NCBI GenBank assembly: GCA_030265395.1
Contig: JARFYF010000065.1
Location: forward strand, 16,022,365 to 16,086,364
Direction of reading: 5' to 3'
DNA length: 64,000 nucleotides
DNA from: Rhina ancylostomus
Taxonomy: Eukaryota
The position numbers were made by a program, and so were the translations under genes. Below are positions 52,695-64,000 of this stretch, piece after piece. How positions within the stretch are numbered: position 1 is the first letter of the stretch; every line of letters starts with the position of its first letter. The notes below the pieces were generated by a model. It was not told the DNA's origin and did not search any database. It saw only the letters and a list, made by a program, of their open reading frames with translations.

Positions 52695-53020
52695 GTCAGC
52701 ACTGCTGCTTAAACAGCTCTACAGACCCAGGTTAGATCCTGACCTTGGGTGCTGTATGTGTGGAGTTNNNNNNNNNNNNNNNNNNNNNNNNNNTCTGGTG
52801 ATCCCCTGGCTTTCCTCCCACATCCCAAAGGCGAGCGGGTTGGTAGGTTAATTGTCTGCTGTAAGTTGCCCCTAGTGGGTAGGTGGCTGGAGAACAGGGA
52901 GTTGATGGGCATGTGAGAGAAAATAGGTCAGAGGGAAATAAGTGAGGGAATGGGAATGATGGGATTGCTCTGAGAACCAGTCTAGACTCAGGGGGCTGAA
53001 TGGCCTTCTATACTGTCATG
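52695..53020 (+). mobile_element. V-SINE (HE1-like), partly gapped
   Basis: gacccaggttagatcctgaccttgggtgctgtatgtgtggagtt...ttcctcccacatcccaaag...ggtaggttaattg. Confidence 0.72.
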
Positions 53021-55260
53021 AAATACAACAAAAAATGAAAAACCTAATGCTTGTTGCTAACATGACAATGGCATCAACAATTGAAACAGCTGAGGAACTA
53101 CACAGAAGATCAGGACAATGCATAAAGATTGGCAGATGGGTAACAGTAAGTGCAGAGCATGACAAGCTGGTTAAGTACCATGTGAGCTGTGCTGAGCTAC
53201 TTGGAAGCAGCAGCTGGAAGAGATGGGGTGCCAGGGTACAACCATTGTGGAGGCAGAACTGGCAGAACACTGAGTGATGCTATCCATGGCTAAGAGAGAA
53301 GGTAGAGATTGTTCTGTATGGACCTTCAGCACTGCATTCAGTTCTAGTCAACAAGACAAAAGGCAAATATGTAAGGACTGGTGCAGGGAATGGTTCCTAG
53401 TCACATGGAGGGTTGGATTTTAACAGCCCTGGAGCGCACAGCTGGAGAGCAGGTAAATGAGGGACAATATGCAACAGGGCCAGTTAATGTTAAATACTGT
53501 TTCAAATTAAACCATGACTTCAGGACAAGGGGGTACAGCTACAATCTGGTGGAAGGAGAGATTGATAATGATATCAAGCTTGAAGACCTCTACGTAAAAT
53601 GCCTGGAATTAGCAGTGAAGATACAGTTGCTGACCTCTATGATGGACCTTCATCCTCCAGGAAATAACAAGGAGACTTCTGGGAGAGAAATCAGAGAGGC
53701 ATTAAACATTTTATTTTCATTTTGTTTTAAAACATGAGTATTAATNNNNNNNNNNNNNNNNNNNNNNNNNNNNNNNNNNNNNNNNNNNNNNNNNNNNNNN
53801 NNNNNNNNNNNNNNNNNNNNNNNNNNNNNNNNNNNNNNNNNNNNNNNNNNNNNNNNNNNNNNNNNNNNNNNNNNNNNNNNNNNNNNNNNNNNNNNNNNNN
53901 NNNNNNNNNNNNNNNNNNNNNNNNNNNNNNNNNNNNNNNNNNNNNNNNNNNNNNNNNNNNNNNNNNNNNNNNNNNNNNNNNNNNNNNNNNNNNNNNNNNC
54001 CCAGATGATGCATGGGAGGAAGTCCAGTTCCTGCAGTAGGGTGAGCCAAATGAACCCAGTCAGCTGGGGTTGGAACAATGGCCAAAGGATCAAGAGTTTG
54101 CATGTCAGCAGGGCCTAGGTCATTTCTTTGGAGATTTAATAAGACCTGTAAAATTATGATGGCTAGAATGTTTACAGACCTATTTCCTTTAGCAGTGAAC
54201 TGAATAGAAGAGCATTGATAGATGGTTTAAAGGAAATCTCCTTCACCCAGGCAAGATAGAGAGTCGAGAAATGCTGGAAGCAGGAACACATCACCTTTTG
54301 AAAAGCATCTGTTTGGTGAACATGTCACAAGGCCATGGACTGGGAGCTGGGATGCAAGATTATCCCACGTGGCTCCTTGATGTGAATGGCTTCCTTCTGT
54401 GTCATAAATTTCTGTGGATGACCTTTGTCCCAACTGTACTATTCTTAATTTGCTGTGATTAACCAGAGTGAGGAATTCGGGGAGTCTGGGCTGGGGGATG
54501 CTTTCNNNNNNNNNNNNNNNNNNNNNNNNNNNNNNNNNNNNNNNNNNNNNNNNNNNNNNNNNNNNNNNNNNNNNNNNNNNNNNNNNNNNNNNNNNNNNNN
54601 NNNNNGGGATGCTTTCAAAGACAGGCCACAGTTCTCAAGTTACCCAATTCATTGGGTAAGAGTGATACCTGTTAACCATTCCCTCTCTCTCGGGTTCTGA
54701 AAACGTAATATGGAACGATGAGTGACATGGATTAAAAGCAAGGAGTTTCACGGTTCCTCTAATTGACTTGTTTATCGTTGCTGATCAGAATCACATGTCA
54801 TCTTCCAAAAATATTTTTAACTTTTATTCTGAATGAAGGGATCATGTGATTTCATGGTTAATGTGATTGTTTAAAAGTTACTGCTTTTGTCATTGTTAAT
54901 TATCTAGTTCGCACTTGTGCCTGGATCCGTACCATATCTCAGGCCTCGACTTTGCCCGGATCTCCTAGGTTTTTGTTGGCCCTGGGCCTGACGTTTGCCC
55001 TGTGCCTGTTCACTAATTCATGGGACCTTCCCCACTCCAATACCTATCTCCTATCGGTGGGCCTGCATCCATCCCTAGGGCTGTCTCTTACACTTGGGCT
55101 ATCCCATGGACTGCCTACTTTGTAGGCCCAATGAGCCTGATGCCCAGTTGCCTCATGACTGATCCACTGGCCCTGCTTTGGGTTAACCAGGATTATTTGT
55201 TGAAAGTGTGGAAGTAACGAGATGGGAGTTTGTGGATGAGCGAGCTCCTATCCAATCTGC

Positions 55261-55351
55261 TGCATGCTGCATGTTCAGAGTGAGTTAACTTTATCATCCT
55301 TCTTGTTTCTCTCTCCCTTTTCCCTTCCCTATTAATTTTCATGCTTGCTAG
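55261..55351 (+). promoter_or_regulatory. Candidate splicing-regulatory 3' splice-site region of the mini-exon
   Basis: Two TGCATG (RBFOX-type) motifs at 55261-55266 and 55268-55273, branch-like gttaac near 55284, pyrimidine tract about 55296-55330, and TGC motifs at 55342 and 55346 just before the AG. Confidence 0.55.
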
Positions 55352-55393
55352 TTACCCCATATGTGATGGCTACTATAGTATGGATTTGCCTGG
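55352..55393 (+). CDS. ADGRL1: Putative alternatively spliced 42-nt ICL3 mini-exon
   Basis: Long pyrimidine tract, then catgcttgctag|T TAC CCC ATA TGT GAT GGC TAC TAT AGT ATG GAT TTG CCT GG|gtaaga. Phase 2 to 2 and in frame with the exon ending at 41958, giving (N)YPICDGYYSMDLP(G), similar to the recalled ADGRL2 loop insert NYRVCDGYYNTDLPG. Confidence 0.82.
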
Positions 55394-56899
55394 GTAAGAA
55401 AACCAACCAGTGCTTTAAGTTCAGAGCTTGTCTTCCTCATTGTCCATCCGCTGGAACGTTGGTTAACACACAGAGCTGGATCCATGATGTGTGGGTGGAA
55501 GAGCCCATTTCTGTGCTGTATGCCACATCAATGGTCGTCATTAAAAACTATTTCCTGGAATTGGTCTGTTAAAACCTGATTCTGTTCACGATCCTAATTA
55601 CCTGTGGCCTGGAAATCAATGTTTTTTGTTCTCCAGCTTCCCGTTCCCCTGCCCGATACGCTTCAATGACAGCAGTCTCACACACCCAACGACAGTGATG
55701 CCTTGTGATCCAGTGTTGCCTGGACACACAATCCAATGATCCTCGAACTTATCAAATGCTAGGAGTATAATAAGTCTGGATCCAGAATTGTGTGTGAATC
55801 TGTTCCTAACACATCCTTTAGGGGAATGTTTCATGAAACAAATTCTCCTGTTGGTGATGTGTTGCACTCAGATGCTTGTGTGTTCTCGGAGATTTCTCAC
55901 GTGAGGAATTAGCAGTGATGGCAATTCTGATGAAAAGTTAATGTTTACTGGTTACCAGGTCATTAACTAACCATATGCTTCATGATCCTTGCTTTCGACA
56001 GCCATACCAAACAATGGGCAGTGGGCCCCTGTACATGGTCTCACTGCACTACCCCTCAGCCCACTCTCTGTCCGACTAAGGAAGCCTCTGCATATTAAAC
56101 ACAGCACAGTAGGCGGTGTTCTTCAGGACCCTGGAGCCACTGATACGAGTTCAAAAGGGCAGTCAGCACCCTTCAGCTTTCAATACTGTAGGCTTGAATA
56201 AGTATTGGTACACAAGGGATCTCTTCACCTGTAGGTCACACAGTGTGGGGCAAATATGTACAGTGCAAATGAAACACACAGGATCAGTACAGAGTGTAAC
56301 TGGGAAGGCTGTGTCCACGGCATCAGTACTGAATCTTGGAAGGGTCACTTAAGGTCAATGCTGAGCTAGAGGTTCATTCCAGAGTCTGGGGGAGGTCATG
56401 TAGATTCAAACCCAATGTGTGAAGGCTGTATGGGGTCAGAATCGAGTGTCTGGAATCACAGGGTCAGCATCAAATGGGGGATTGTGTAGCTTCATTTCCT
56501 GGTAGGGGGTGGGAGTCACATCGGGTTAGTTCTTGTGTTGCGAGTCAGTAGGACCCATCATAATAGAAGTGCCTGCATGTGTGACGTACCAGATGGGGTG
56601 GGGTGATCACACAAGGCGAGGGAGGGGCTGGGGGTGGATCAGATTCTGGTGGTGATCACGAGAGGGAAGCAGTGATTGCTCCTTTGGGCCAGTAAGAAGT
56701 AAGGGTGGTTCCACGGCAGACAGTGGAGGAGGGTTGTGAAAGGATAGCAACCACATCAGAGGTCGCAGGGAGGTAATCGAGAACGAGGAAGATAATGACT
56801 CATAGTCATGGGGAATGGTATGTGGAACTGATTAGTGCCATGGATGATGACTGAGGGTAAATGGGGCTGAAGAGACTGGGTAGATGAAATGGGGTTGAA

Positions 56900-57720
56900 G
56901 ATCAGCCGTGATCCTATGGAATAGCAAATCAGATGGAATGGGAAGAGAACCCAAGGCCTCATCTAGAATCCATTTCTTTTGTCATTCCAGAAGGATAGAA
57001 GTGTTGGAGTTGATTCAGAAATGATCACAGCATTGGAACAGGAGATAGCAGGGATAGAGTGTAATTAGGACACTGTTTATATGTGGAGCAGGATTGGCAT
57101 GGGCCTTCAGCGGGATGGGGTCTGTGCTTGAGAAGAGGGAACCTCTAAGGCCAATGGGTGAGAAATGGAGAGGAGTGACCAGAAGTTTATTGGGAATTGA
57201 TTTGAAGGAGTGGGAGGAGGGTCTCTTGGATGAATTGAAGTTAGGGAAGTGTGGACAAACCAGAGAGGAAGAGGAAGGGTAGAGCGGACTGGACTGGAGA
57301 GAGGTTGGTGGGCAGGGAGTGATCATCAGCTGCTGTCTCCATCTCAGTGACTGAAATCCTTCACGTTGCTAAAAATGTTAAGGGATTCAAGGGGCTAAAG
57401 TTGTGGAGAACAGAACCTGGAGTTGTTTATTCCCCCTGTCCCTCGCAGGAATGGTCCTGGGTTAGATTATTCAGCATTTTTGGCCAAGAAATTTGACAGC
57501 ATTTGACATGGATGAGCCAGATCAGTAAAGAATATTGTTTGTATTTGAGGGAAGGATGGGGGCTGTATCAGGGAAAAGATCAGGATGGGAGATAGAGCCA
57601 TCTTTTCCAGGGAAAAGAGCCTTAACTCTGGCAAGACCATCTAAAGACATAGGGTCAGCATCTATAAATACGTTTTTCACATCAAGCTCCACATCTCCAC
57701 AGCTGGTTTCCATCTTCCTC
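56900..57720 (-). mobile_element. Highly decayed L2-like LINE fragment
   Basis: Purine-rich plus strand; the minus strand shows weak RT-like traces (gctgatgat ADD-like codons; ctgtgatcattt, FxxVDH-like). Confidence 0.4.
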
Positions 57721-59199
57721 TCCTGTAGCAGTTGGGTGGGACTGACCCAATGCATTCCAACAAGTCCTGTTTTTCCCACTCCTGCACCATTCTGGGAGAA
57801 TCGTCATTTATCCTTGATTACTGCCACCTTCCCCACCGCACCCCGAGCTCTGCCTCTTGACCAACTCCCTTTTAGTTCCTAGCCAGGTTTATCTTCAGTG
57901 AATTAAAGCCATCGCCATCGGCCCACACCACAAACTCTAAACCTTTGCAACCAATTCCATCACTTTTTTTAGGTCACTGGCTTGAGTTGACTATTTCCAT
58001 TCTCATCCAACAATCTGCTAGAAGAACTCAGCAGGTCAAGCAGCATCTGTGGGAGGAAGGGAATTGTCGATGTTTCAGGATGAAACCCTGCATCAGGGCT
58101 TGTGACCCCGTTCTCATCCTGGTTAATCTAGGCCAGGCTTCATATTATCTTCTCCAGCACAAAGTCTATTTGTCCTCTCCCACCTCTGGCCAATTATCCC
58201 AATATGGACTCACCCATGCATGGATATTGTTGTAACAATCCTACAGATAACACCAGCCTCAGATGGGACCAGTGTTTCCACCTCTTACCTTTAGTCAGTC
58301 TGGCAAGAATCCCTACATTGGAATATATACCAGTGTGAGAGCAACTTTCTCAAGGAACCTTGTAGGAACATCAGACAATTCAGCCCCTTGAGTCTTTTTA
58401 ACCTACCAGAACTTCATCTACTCATGCAAGTTTCCTATCCCATAATTTGTGGTGCAGATTCTCTTTTTGGGAACTGAGCTTTGGTAAAGGACACAAAGTG
58501 CTCAAACAGACAAGACCACTGGAGCAGAGGGATGTTACAGGAACATGAAGCATTTGGTGCTTACGCTAACCTGTAGCATCTAATGGATGTGTTGCACAGA
58601 AATCTTACATGAGGCTTGTTGTTATAATTGCAAAGCTGGCTACTTTTTTTGAAAGCTTGTTATGTATCTGGGGCTATCTGGATTCCTTAAGGCTTTTTAA
58701 GAGAAGTTGATGAAATTGAGAGAATTGCACAGAATTTCACACCACGATAACCAGGAATTTTTTCCAATCGCTAGATGGTGCTATTAGGCTCCATATGAGC
58801 CGCCTCCTCACCCCCACCCCCATCTCTCCTTGGGGAGAGGGTTCCTTGCTGAAGAGAGGTTACTAAAGAGTGAGTCAATTGAAGAACTCCTCACTCAGCT
58901 GCATGAAATACTAAATTAGCATACAATGGGCAGATGTACTCAGCGTAACTGAGGCGTGCATGAGCCCTACCTTCTGTCCATTTCAAGCCCGTTCCTGACT
59001 GACTGGTTGCACTCACTGGAAGAGGGGTGGGTGTATGGTACCAGCACTCCACCTTGGCAGACAACCCCTGACGAGTCCTCCAGCTCCCACCGATGTGCAC
59101 CTGCAAGACACTTGCAGAGTTTGTTGGGACCCAAGTTGTATTACTAAGTAAAGGATCGGGAGCTTTGATGAGGGGGGGTTAGCATTGATTATTTCTGCT

Positions 59200-59520
59200 C
59201 ATTCTCAAGAACCCAAGAAAATAGGAGCAGGAGTAGGCCACTCTGCCCCTCAAGCCTGCCCCACTATTCAATATGACAGTGGCTGATCTATGCTGTCCTC
59301 AACTCTCTTCTGTGACTTTTCCCCAGAACCCTCAATCCCTTGACCTTTTCAAATATTTATCTATCTCCACCTTAAATCTATCTAATGATCTGGCCTCCAC
59401 CACCCTCAGGTGCATATATTAACAACCCTCTGAGAGAAGAAATTTCTTCGCACCTCAGCTTTAAACAACCAGCCCCTTATCTTGTAGCAATATCCCCTTA
59501 TTCATGGGTGTCTCACTTCC
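59200..59520 (-). mobile_element. CR1 LINE 3' end (reverse)
   Basis: aagaaataggagcaggagtaggccactctgcccctcaagcctgccccactattcaatatgacagtggctgatct is a reverse CR1 tail. Confidence 0.75.
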
Positions 59521-62239
59521 CAGAGCTGGTTGAAATCCATCCAGCGTGGTTGCTGCCTTATCTGTGTTAAGACCTGGCATGTGGCGAGCAGGGTGGCTCT
59601 CCCGCTGTGCCCTTTGACCCAGACGACATTTGTATCATTGTCCAGCGAACTCCCTCATCCCTGTCCTCTTTCCCATCCCGGACCTTGGCACAGGCCAGTT
59701 GTACCACATGGTCATTCACTAGCTGTTATTGTCCCTTCTGCCAACAGCCAAGCAATTTGGCTGCCAAATTCCCAACCAGTGGGAGGCGAAGTGAGAGTGA
59801 GAGCTGGTGAGTCCGTGTGTGAGTGCATGCCTGTCGGGATGTTTGTACACATGCAACTGCAACAAGGTGAAATTGAAAAATTGTAGCAGTTTGATCAACT
59901 TCATATCACAGAGAGAAACCCAGAGGCACAAGATAGCAACTTGGAGATCTAGAGTGAGCAAGGAACATCGGGCAAGCAGCGAAAAGATCAAGTCACATTT
60001 ATTCCTCCATCCTTAGTTCTTCTGACTGAAAGGGTCACCTCCCAGAGCACTTAGCCACAAATTGCACTGGAGTCACTAAATCAGACTGGGTTGATGGAGT
60101 GGTAAGAGGGATTCCCCCGCCGCATAATAGATATCAGTGAACCATTTTAGGTATTTACAGTAATTTTTTTTCTGGAGTCAGTTCACAAATGATCACATTC
60201 ATAGAACTTGAACTCCAAAATAGCACATTGAAGTGCAGAGGTGTTCTNNNNNNNNNNNNNNNNNNNNNNNNNNNNNNNNNNNNNNNNNNNNNNNNNNNNN
60301 NNNNNNNNNNNNNNNNNNNNNNNNNNNNNNNNNNNNNNNNNNNNNNNTGTTCTTTATGTAAGAAAAAGTTGTTAGTGTCCAATAAAAATAGTTCAGTGAT
60401 TATTCATGTAATTATTTTATGGAACTTGAAATCGTTCTGCTGTTAATCCAGTGCCATGACTGCTAAACTACCTCTTCTCAGGTAGTTGACGCTCTCATAA
60501 CCCCATCACCCCAGCCATACTGCTTGGGTCTATAAGTGTGTGTGCGCATGCGTGTGTGCACCTCAGTCTGGGACGGTGTACTTGGGGGTTAACGTGTGGG
60601 GGCTAATCATGTCCTCGCACCTCAAATGGCTCCATGAAGCTTTAACTGGTTTGTGGTGAAAAATTAAATTGGAAAGAAAAGTTTAGTTATTTCAAAAAAG
60701 CCTTAAAGAGTGCATCGGCAAGAAGCCCCAGGTTTGAGCTGCTTATGTGCTTGTTGATGCCTGTGGAGTGGGTCGACACTTGTGCTGACATGTTCCCATA
60801 ACGCAATCTAACATTTCACTCAATGCAGTTGCTGCTGACGATAAATATTTCACTATGTCTTCTGTGCTGAATGTGTCTGTGTAACCCAATGGGCCTTTGC
60901 ATCTGTAGGCTATGGGAAATCACTGAGAATCACTAAGAATGAAACAGCATGGAAAGAGACTGTTCAGCATACCATGCCTCTTTAATAGAGACATCCAGTT
61001 CATCTCATTTCCATAACCCTGTAACTTGTTCCTTCTCTGAAAATTCCAATTAAATCTGTTTTTGCTACCTTTAAAAGCAGTGCATCCCATATAGCAACAC
61101 ACTGTGTAAAAATATTTCTCTTTTTCATCTATCTTGAACCTGTATCTGTGAGTATTGAACCTCTTGCCAGTGGAAAGACTTGTTCCTTATTGCCTCTTTA
61201 GAAACCAACCATCATTTTGAACATCTCTATTAAATCTGCCCTTAACATTGCCTTTTCTTTGAGAACAATGCTAATTTAACCTCATAACCACATAAATTCT
61301 AAAACACAGTTGCGACAGGGAGTCAGTGGCAAGCAGGTTGAATTTAGCTGCAGCAGTGTTTGGATTTTTGAAGTAGTCCACTCACTTTCCAGTAAAGGTG
61401 ACCTTTAAGGAATCCAGTGCAGCCGTGCGACTGGTGTAGGTAGTTCCTTGTAGAATAGCTTGCTTCCCACAACAGCAAGCTGCCAATATTATTTCTTGGG
61501 ATATAGGTGTCACTGTCAAGGTAGGCATTTTATTGCCCAAACTTCATTGGCTTTGAGGTGGTGGATGTACTCAGACAACTGTAATCTATGCAGTAAGGGT
61601 ATTCCTTCAACGGTATTGGATAGGGAGTCCCTAGATTTGACCCCATGACCATTAGCAAAATGGCAGCATGCGTCCAGGTTAGGATGGGGAACGAAGAGGG
61701 GACTTGGTGATGATGTTTCTCTTAGTGGCCTACTGCTTTAGATGAAGATTGTGAATTTGGGACTTGAATGACCTTGCTAATTTCAAGGCCTGCTATATTC
61801 TTGTGGATTTTCTAGATTCTTTATCTCCTCCGAGACAGTTTCAGGTCACACTGATACCTTGTCAAGCAGACACCGGTTACAGTGGATATTCAGGGATGGC
61901 CCAAGACTTAAGTATGAATTCATGGAAGGGCCCAGTTGGGCAGGGAGTGCTTCAACAAGGAAGAATAGTGTTAACATTATTAAACCATGCAGCTGAAATG
62001 ACATCTTAAGTGAGATGAAAATGTTTCCTATCAAACAATTAAACTGTTCAAGTGGGTGATGTCATCATTAGGAATGAGGTTGTCCATTATTTCAACGAAA
62101 ATAGGAATGTTACTTAATTTGTTGAAATTAGTAATTTTTTTGTCCCTTGTATATACCTATATAGTTGAAACATCCTTCAAAAACTTCGCTTTGCACCACT
62201 TTTAATTTTTGTATTAACAGCAGGCTCTCCTAGACGTGG

Positions 62240-62465
62240 GTGGCACAGGTTAGATACACAGTGAAGCTCCTGGTGCACTGTCCCGTCAGACACTCCTACA
62301 CAGATACAGCAAGGTTAAATACAGAGTAAAACACTCTCTTTACCTTCCATTAGATATTGCCTGAGGCAGATGCAGCATGGGTTAGAGATGAGATAAAGCT
62401 TCCTCATCACTGTCATCCCCATCAAACACTCCCAGGCCAAGTTAGACCCAGAATAAAGTTCCTAT
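62240..62465 (+). repeat. Degenerate tandem repeat, about 65-70 bp unit, 3-4 copies
   Basis: Recurring ggttagatacacagtgaagctcc / ggttaaatacagagtaaaacact / gggttagagatgagataaagcttcc / agttagacccagaataaagttcc, with ctgtcccgtcagacactcc / ctgtcatccccatcaaacactccc in between. Confidence 0.7.
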
Positions 62466-62949
62466 GTGCAGCACAGATTAGAGTGTGACAGTAATCTTTT
62501 CATGAGATCAACTTCCAGCTGTGGTTGAGTAACATTTTCACTTCCTGCCCCAGCATCATCTGTGGTATCTGGAATTACCCAGGCACCTTGTAGATGGTTC
62601 TCTCTCGACCACGTTCCCTGGAAATAGACCATGTGCCACAGAAGATGGTACGGATGCAGCCTTCCATGGCCATTGTGCCTCAGAATGTATTAAACTGAAA
62701 GGGAGAAGACAGGTGACTCTGTGACATGTCCCCATACAGCCCAGGACTGAGTACCAGCTAACTAACCACACTGCAGGAAGCTGTGTTTATCCAGCAGCTG
62801 TGTACTTGGGCTGTCTATCCTGTGGTTTGTGTATCCATCAGGAGCATTGTAACTGGTGGACTGTCACCTGAAACAGTTCATAGCCCAAGATCATATTTCC
62901 CAAACTCCGTCCTCAACCTGGTTTCACTAAATCTTTATAAACCACTGGA

Positions 62950-63340
62950 CAGGTCATACCTATTGGGAGGTTTTGCAGCCTTAGGAGGACATTGAGGAGA
63001 TTTGCTTGGCTGGTAACAGTGATACTGGTCTTGAGTTACATGGACAGATTGCATTTGTTCTCCAAGAGGAGAAGATTAAGGGGGACTTAATAGAGCCACT
63101 TAAAGTTCATGGGGACCAAAGATGATGAGAAACCAGTATTTTGCACAGTAAGTTGCTGTGATCTGGAATGCACTGTATGACCAGGTGGTGGAAGTAGATT
63201 TGGTAATGAAAATTGAGTATAGATTTGAGTAGTAAGTATTTACCGGTCCATGGGAAAGACCAAGTGAGGGAGGCTAATTGCAAAGGTCTCTAAGTGAGCC
63301 AGCATGTTGACAATGGGTCAAATGGCTCCCTGTTCCACTC
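62950..63340 (+). mobile_element. Decayed CR1 LINE 3' fragment
   Basis: RRLRGDLIE (agaagattaaggggggacttaatagag-like) and tgtgatctggaatgcactg...gtggtggaagtaga CR1 tail motifs. Confidence 0.6.
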
Positions 63341-64000
63341 CAATAATTCTGAAGCTCCATAACCCAGAGAGGGTGTCTTCTCCCATGTACTGCATATCTC
63401 TATAACATGCATATAGGTGACTATTTTTTAACATGTCCCTTGGTAAACCGAAGGATTGGATGCAACCTTTGCTCCATTTCCCCCACCAGTGTCACTCTCT
63501 GCTAAAGTCAACAAACCAAACAAGGCATGTAGGGTCTGTATTCCACCCAATCCAATAGGATTCTGGTCCATCAAATTTGGTTAAAATTCCCTCCTACATA
63601 TCCCCAGAAGGGTTTGATATTTCTCGTACTTTGCATCCTGGCATCTCCAGAAAGTTGTGCATCTTGGAAGCTGCAAATCACAGGCCCTGTAAGGATATAG
63701 TTGCAGTGAGAGGATGGGGGTTAATATAACCAGGGACATCAAAGATCAGCTGGATTGTCTGCCATCATTCACTGCGAAGATTCTGATACGGCTCCTTGAA
63801 TATTCAAATCTTTCCTCACAGAAAGCTTCTCCGTAACCCACGTGTGCAGCCAGTCCCACCCTCAGACAACGGTTCCTCCGTTGTTCTCAGCCTGTGATGC
63901 TGGCCACCCTCATCACCACACACACAGCCCATCCCTCTCCCAGGTATAAAATGAAGAACAGTACAGTACAGCACAAGAACTGACCCTTCAGCGCACAATA

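Noticed and set aside
54632-54655. 24-nt AG/GT-bounded, phase 2-2 segment (SQVTQFI) with donor gtaaga
   Set aside because: No pyrimidine tract before the AG, next to a gap, and no recognisable homology; likely chance.
60895-60940. Acceptor-like tttgcatctgtag as a candidate second ICL3 micro-exon
   Set aside because: Phase-2 reading hits TAA within 9 codons, no donor follows, and there is no similarity to YEDNxPFIK or TM6.
62240-62465. Periodic repeat superficially like a CRISPR array
   Set aside because: Units are degenerate along their whole length with no unique spacers or cas genes, in a vertebrate intron; it is a minisatellite-type repeat.

Overview
Eukaryotic (vertebrate) genomic DNA, most likely a cartilaginous fish (shark/ray, inferred from the repeat families), from a draft assembly with many N gaps. 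The whole window lies inside one + strand gene, the adhesion GPCR latrophilin-1 (ADGRL1/LPHN1). I traced 12 consecutive coding exons by hand, with GT-AG sites and consistent phases: Ser/Thr linker, HormR, GAIN/GPS (intact HL|TNFAVLM), TM1-TM5 and the start of ICL3. One of these exons is interrupted by an N gap. The lectin/olfactomedin exons lie upstream and the TM6-TM7/C-tail exons downstream of the window. A 13th, frame-preserving 42-nt mini-exon (55352-55393) encodes an ICL3 insert resembling the alternatively spliced ADGRL2 loop insert, with neural-splicing motifs upstream. Introns are dense with decayed retroelements (CR1, Rex1/Babar, RTE, L2-like LINEs; V-SINEs; Deu-domain SINEs; Penelope-like elements with degenerate hammerhead-ribozyme cores and inverted ends). 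There is also a near-perfect 44-bp hairpin. No prokaryotic system, CRISPR array or intact transposon ORF is present, and most ORF-track entries are spurious. Repeat-family names and boundaries come from recalled consensus motifs and are approximate.
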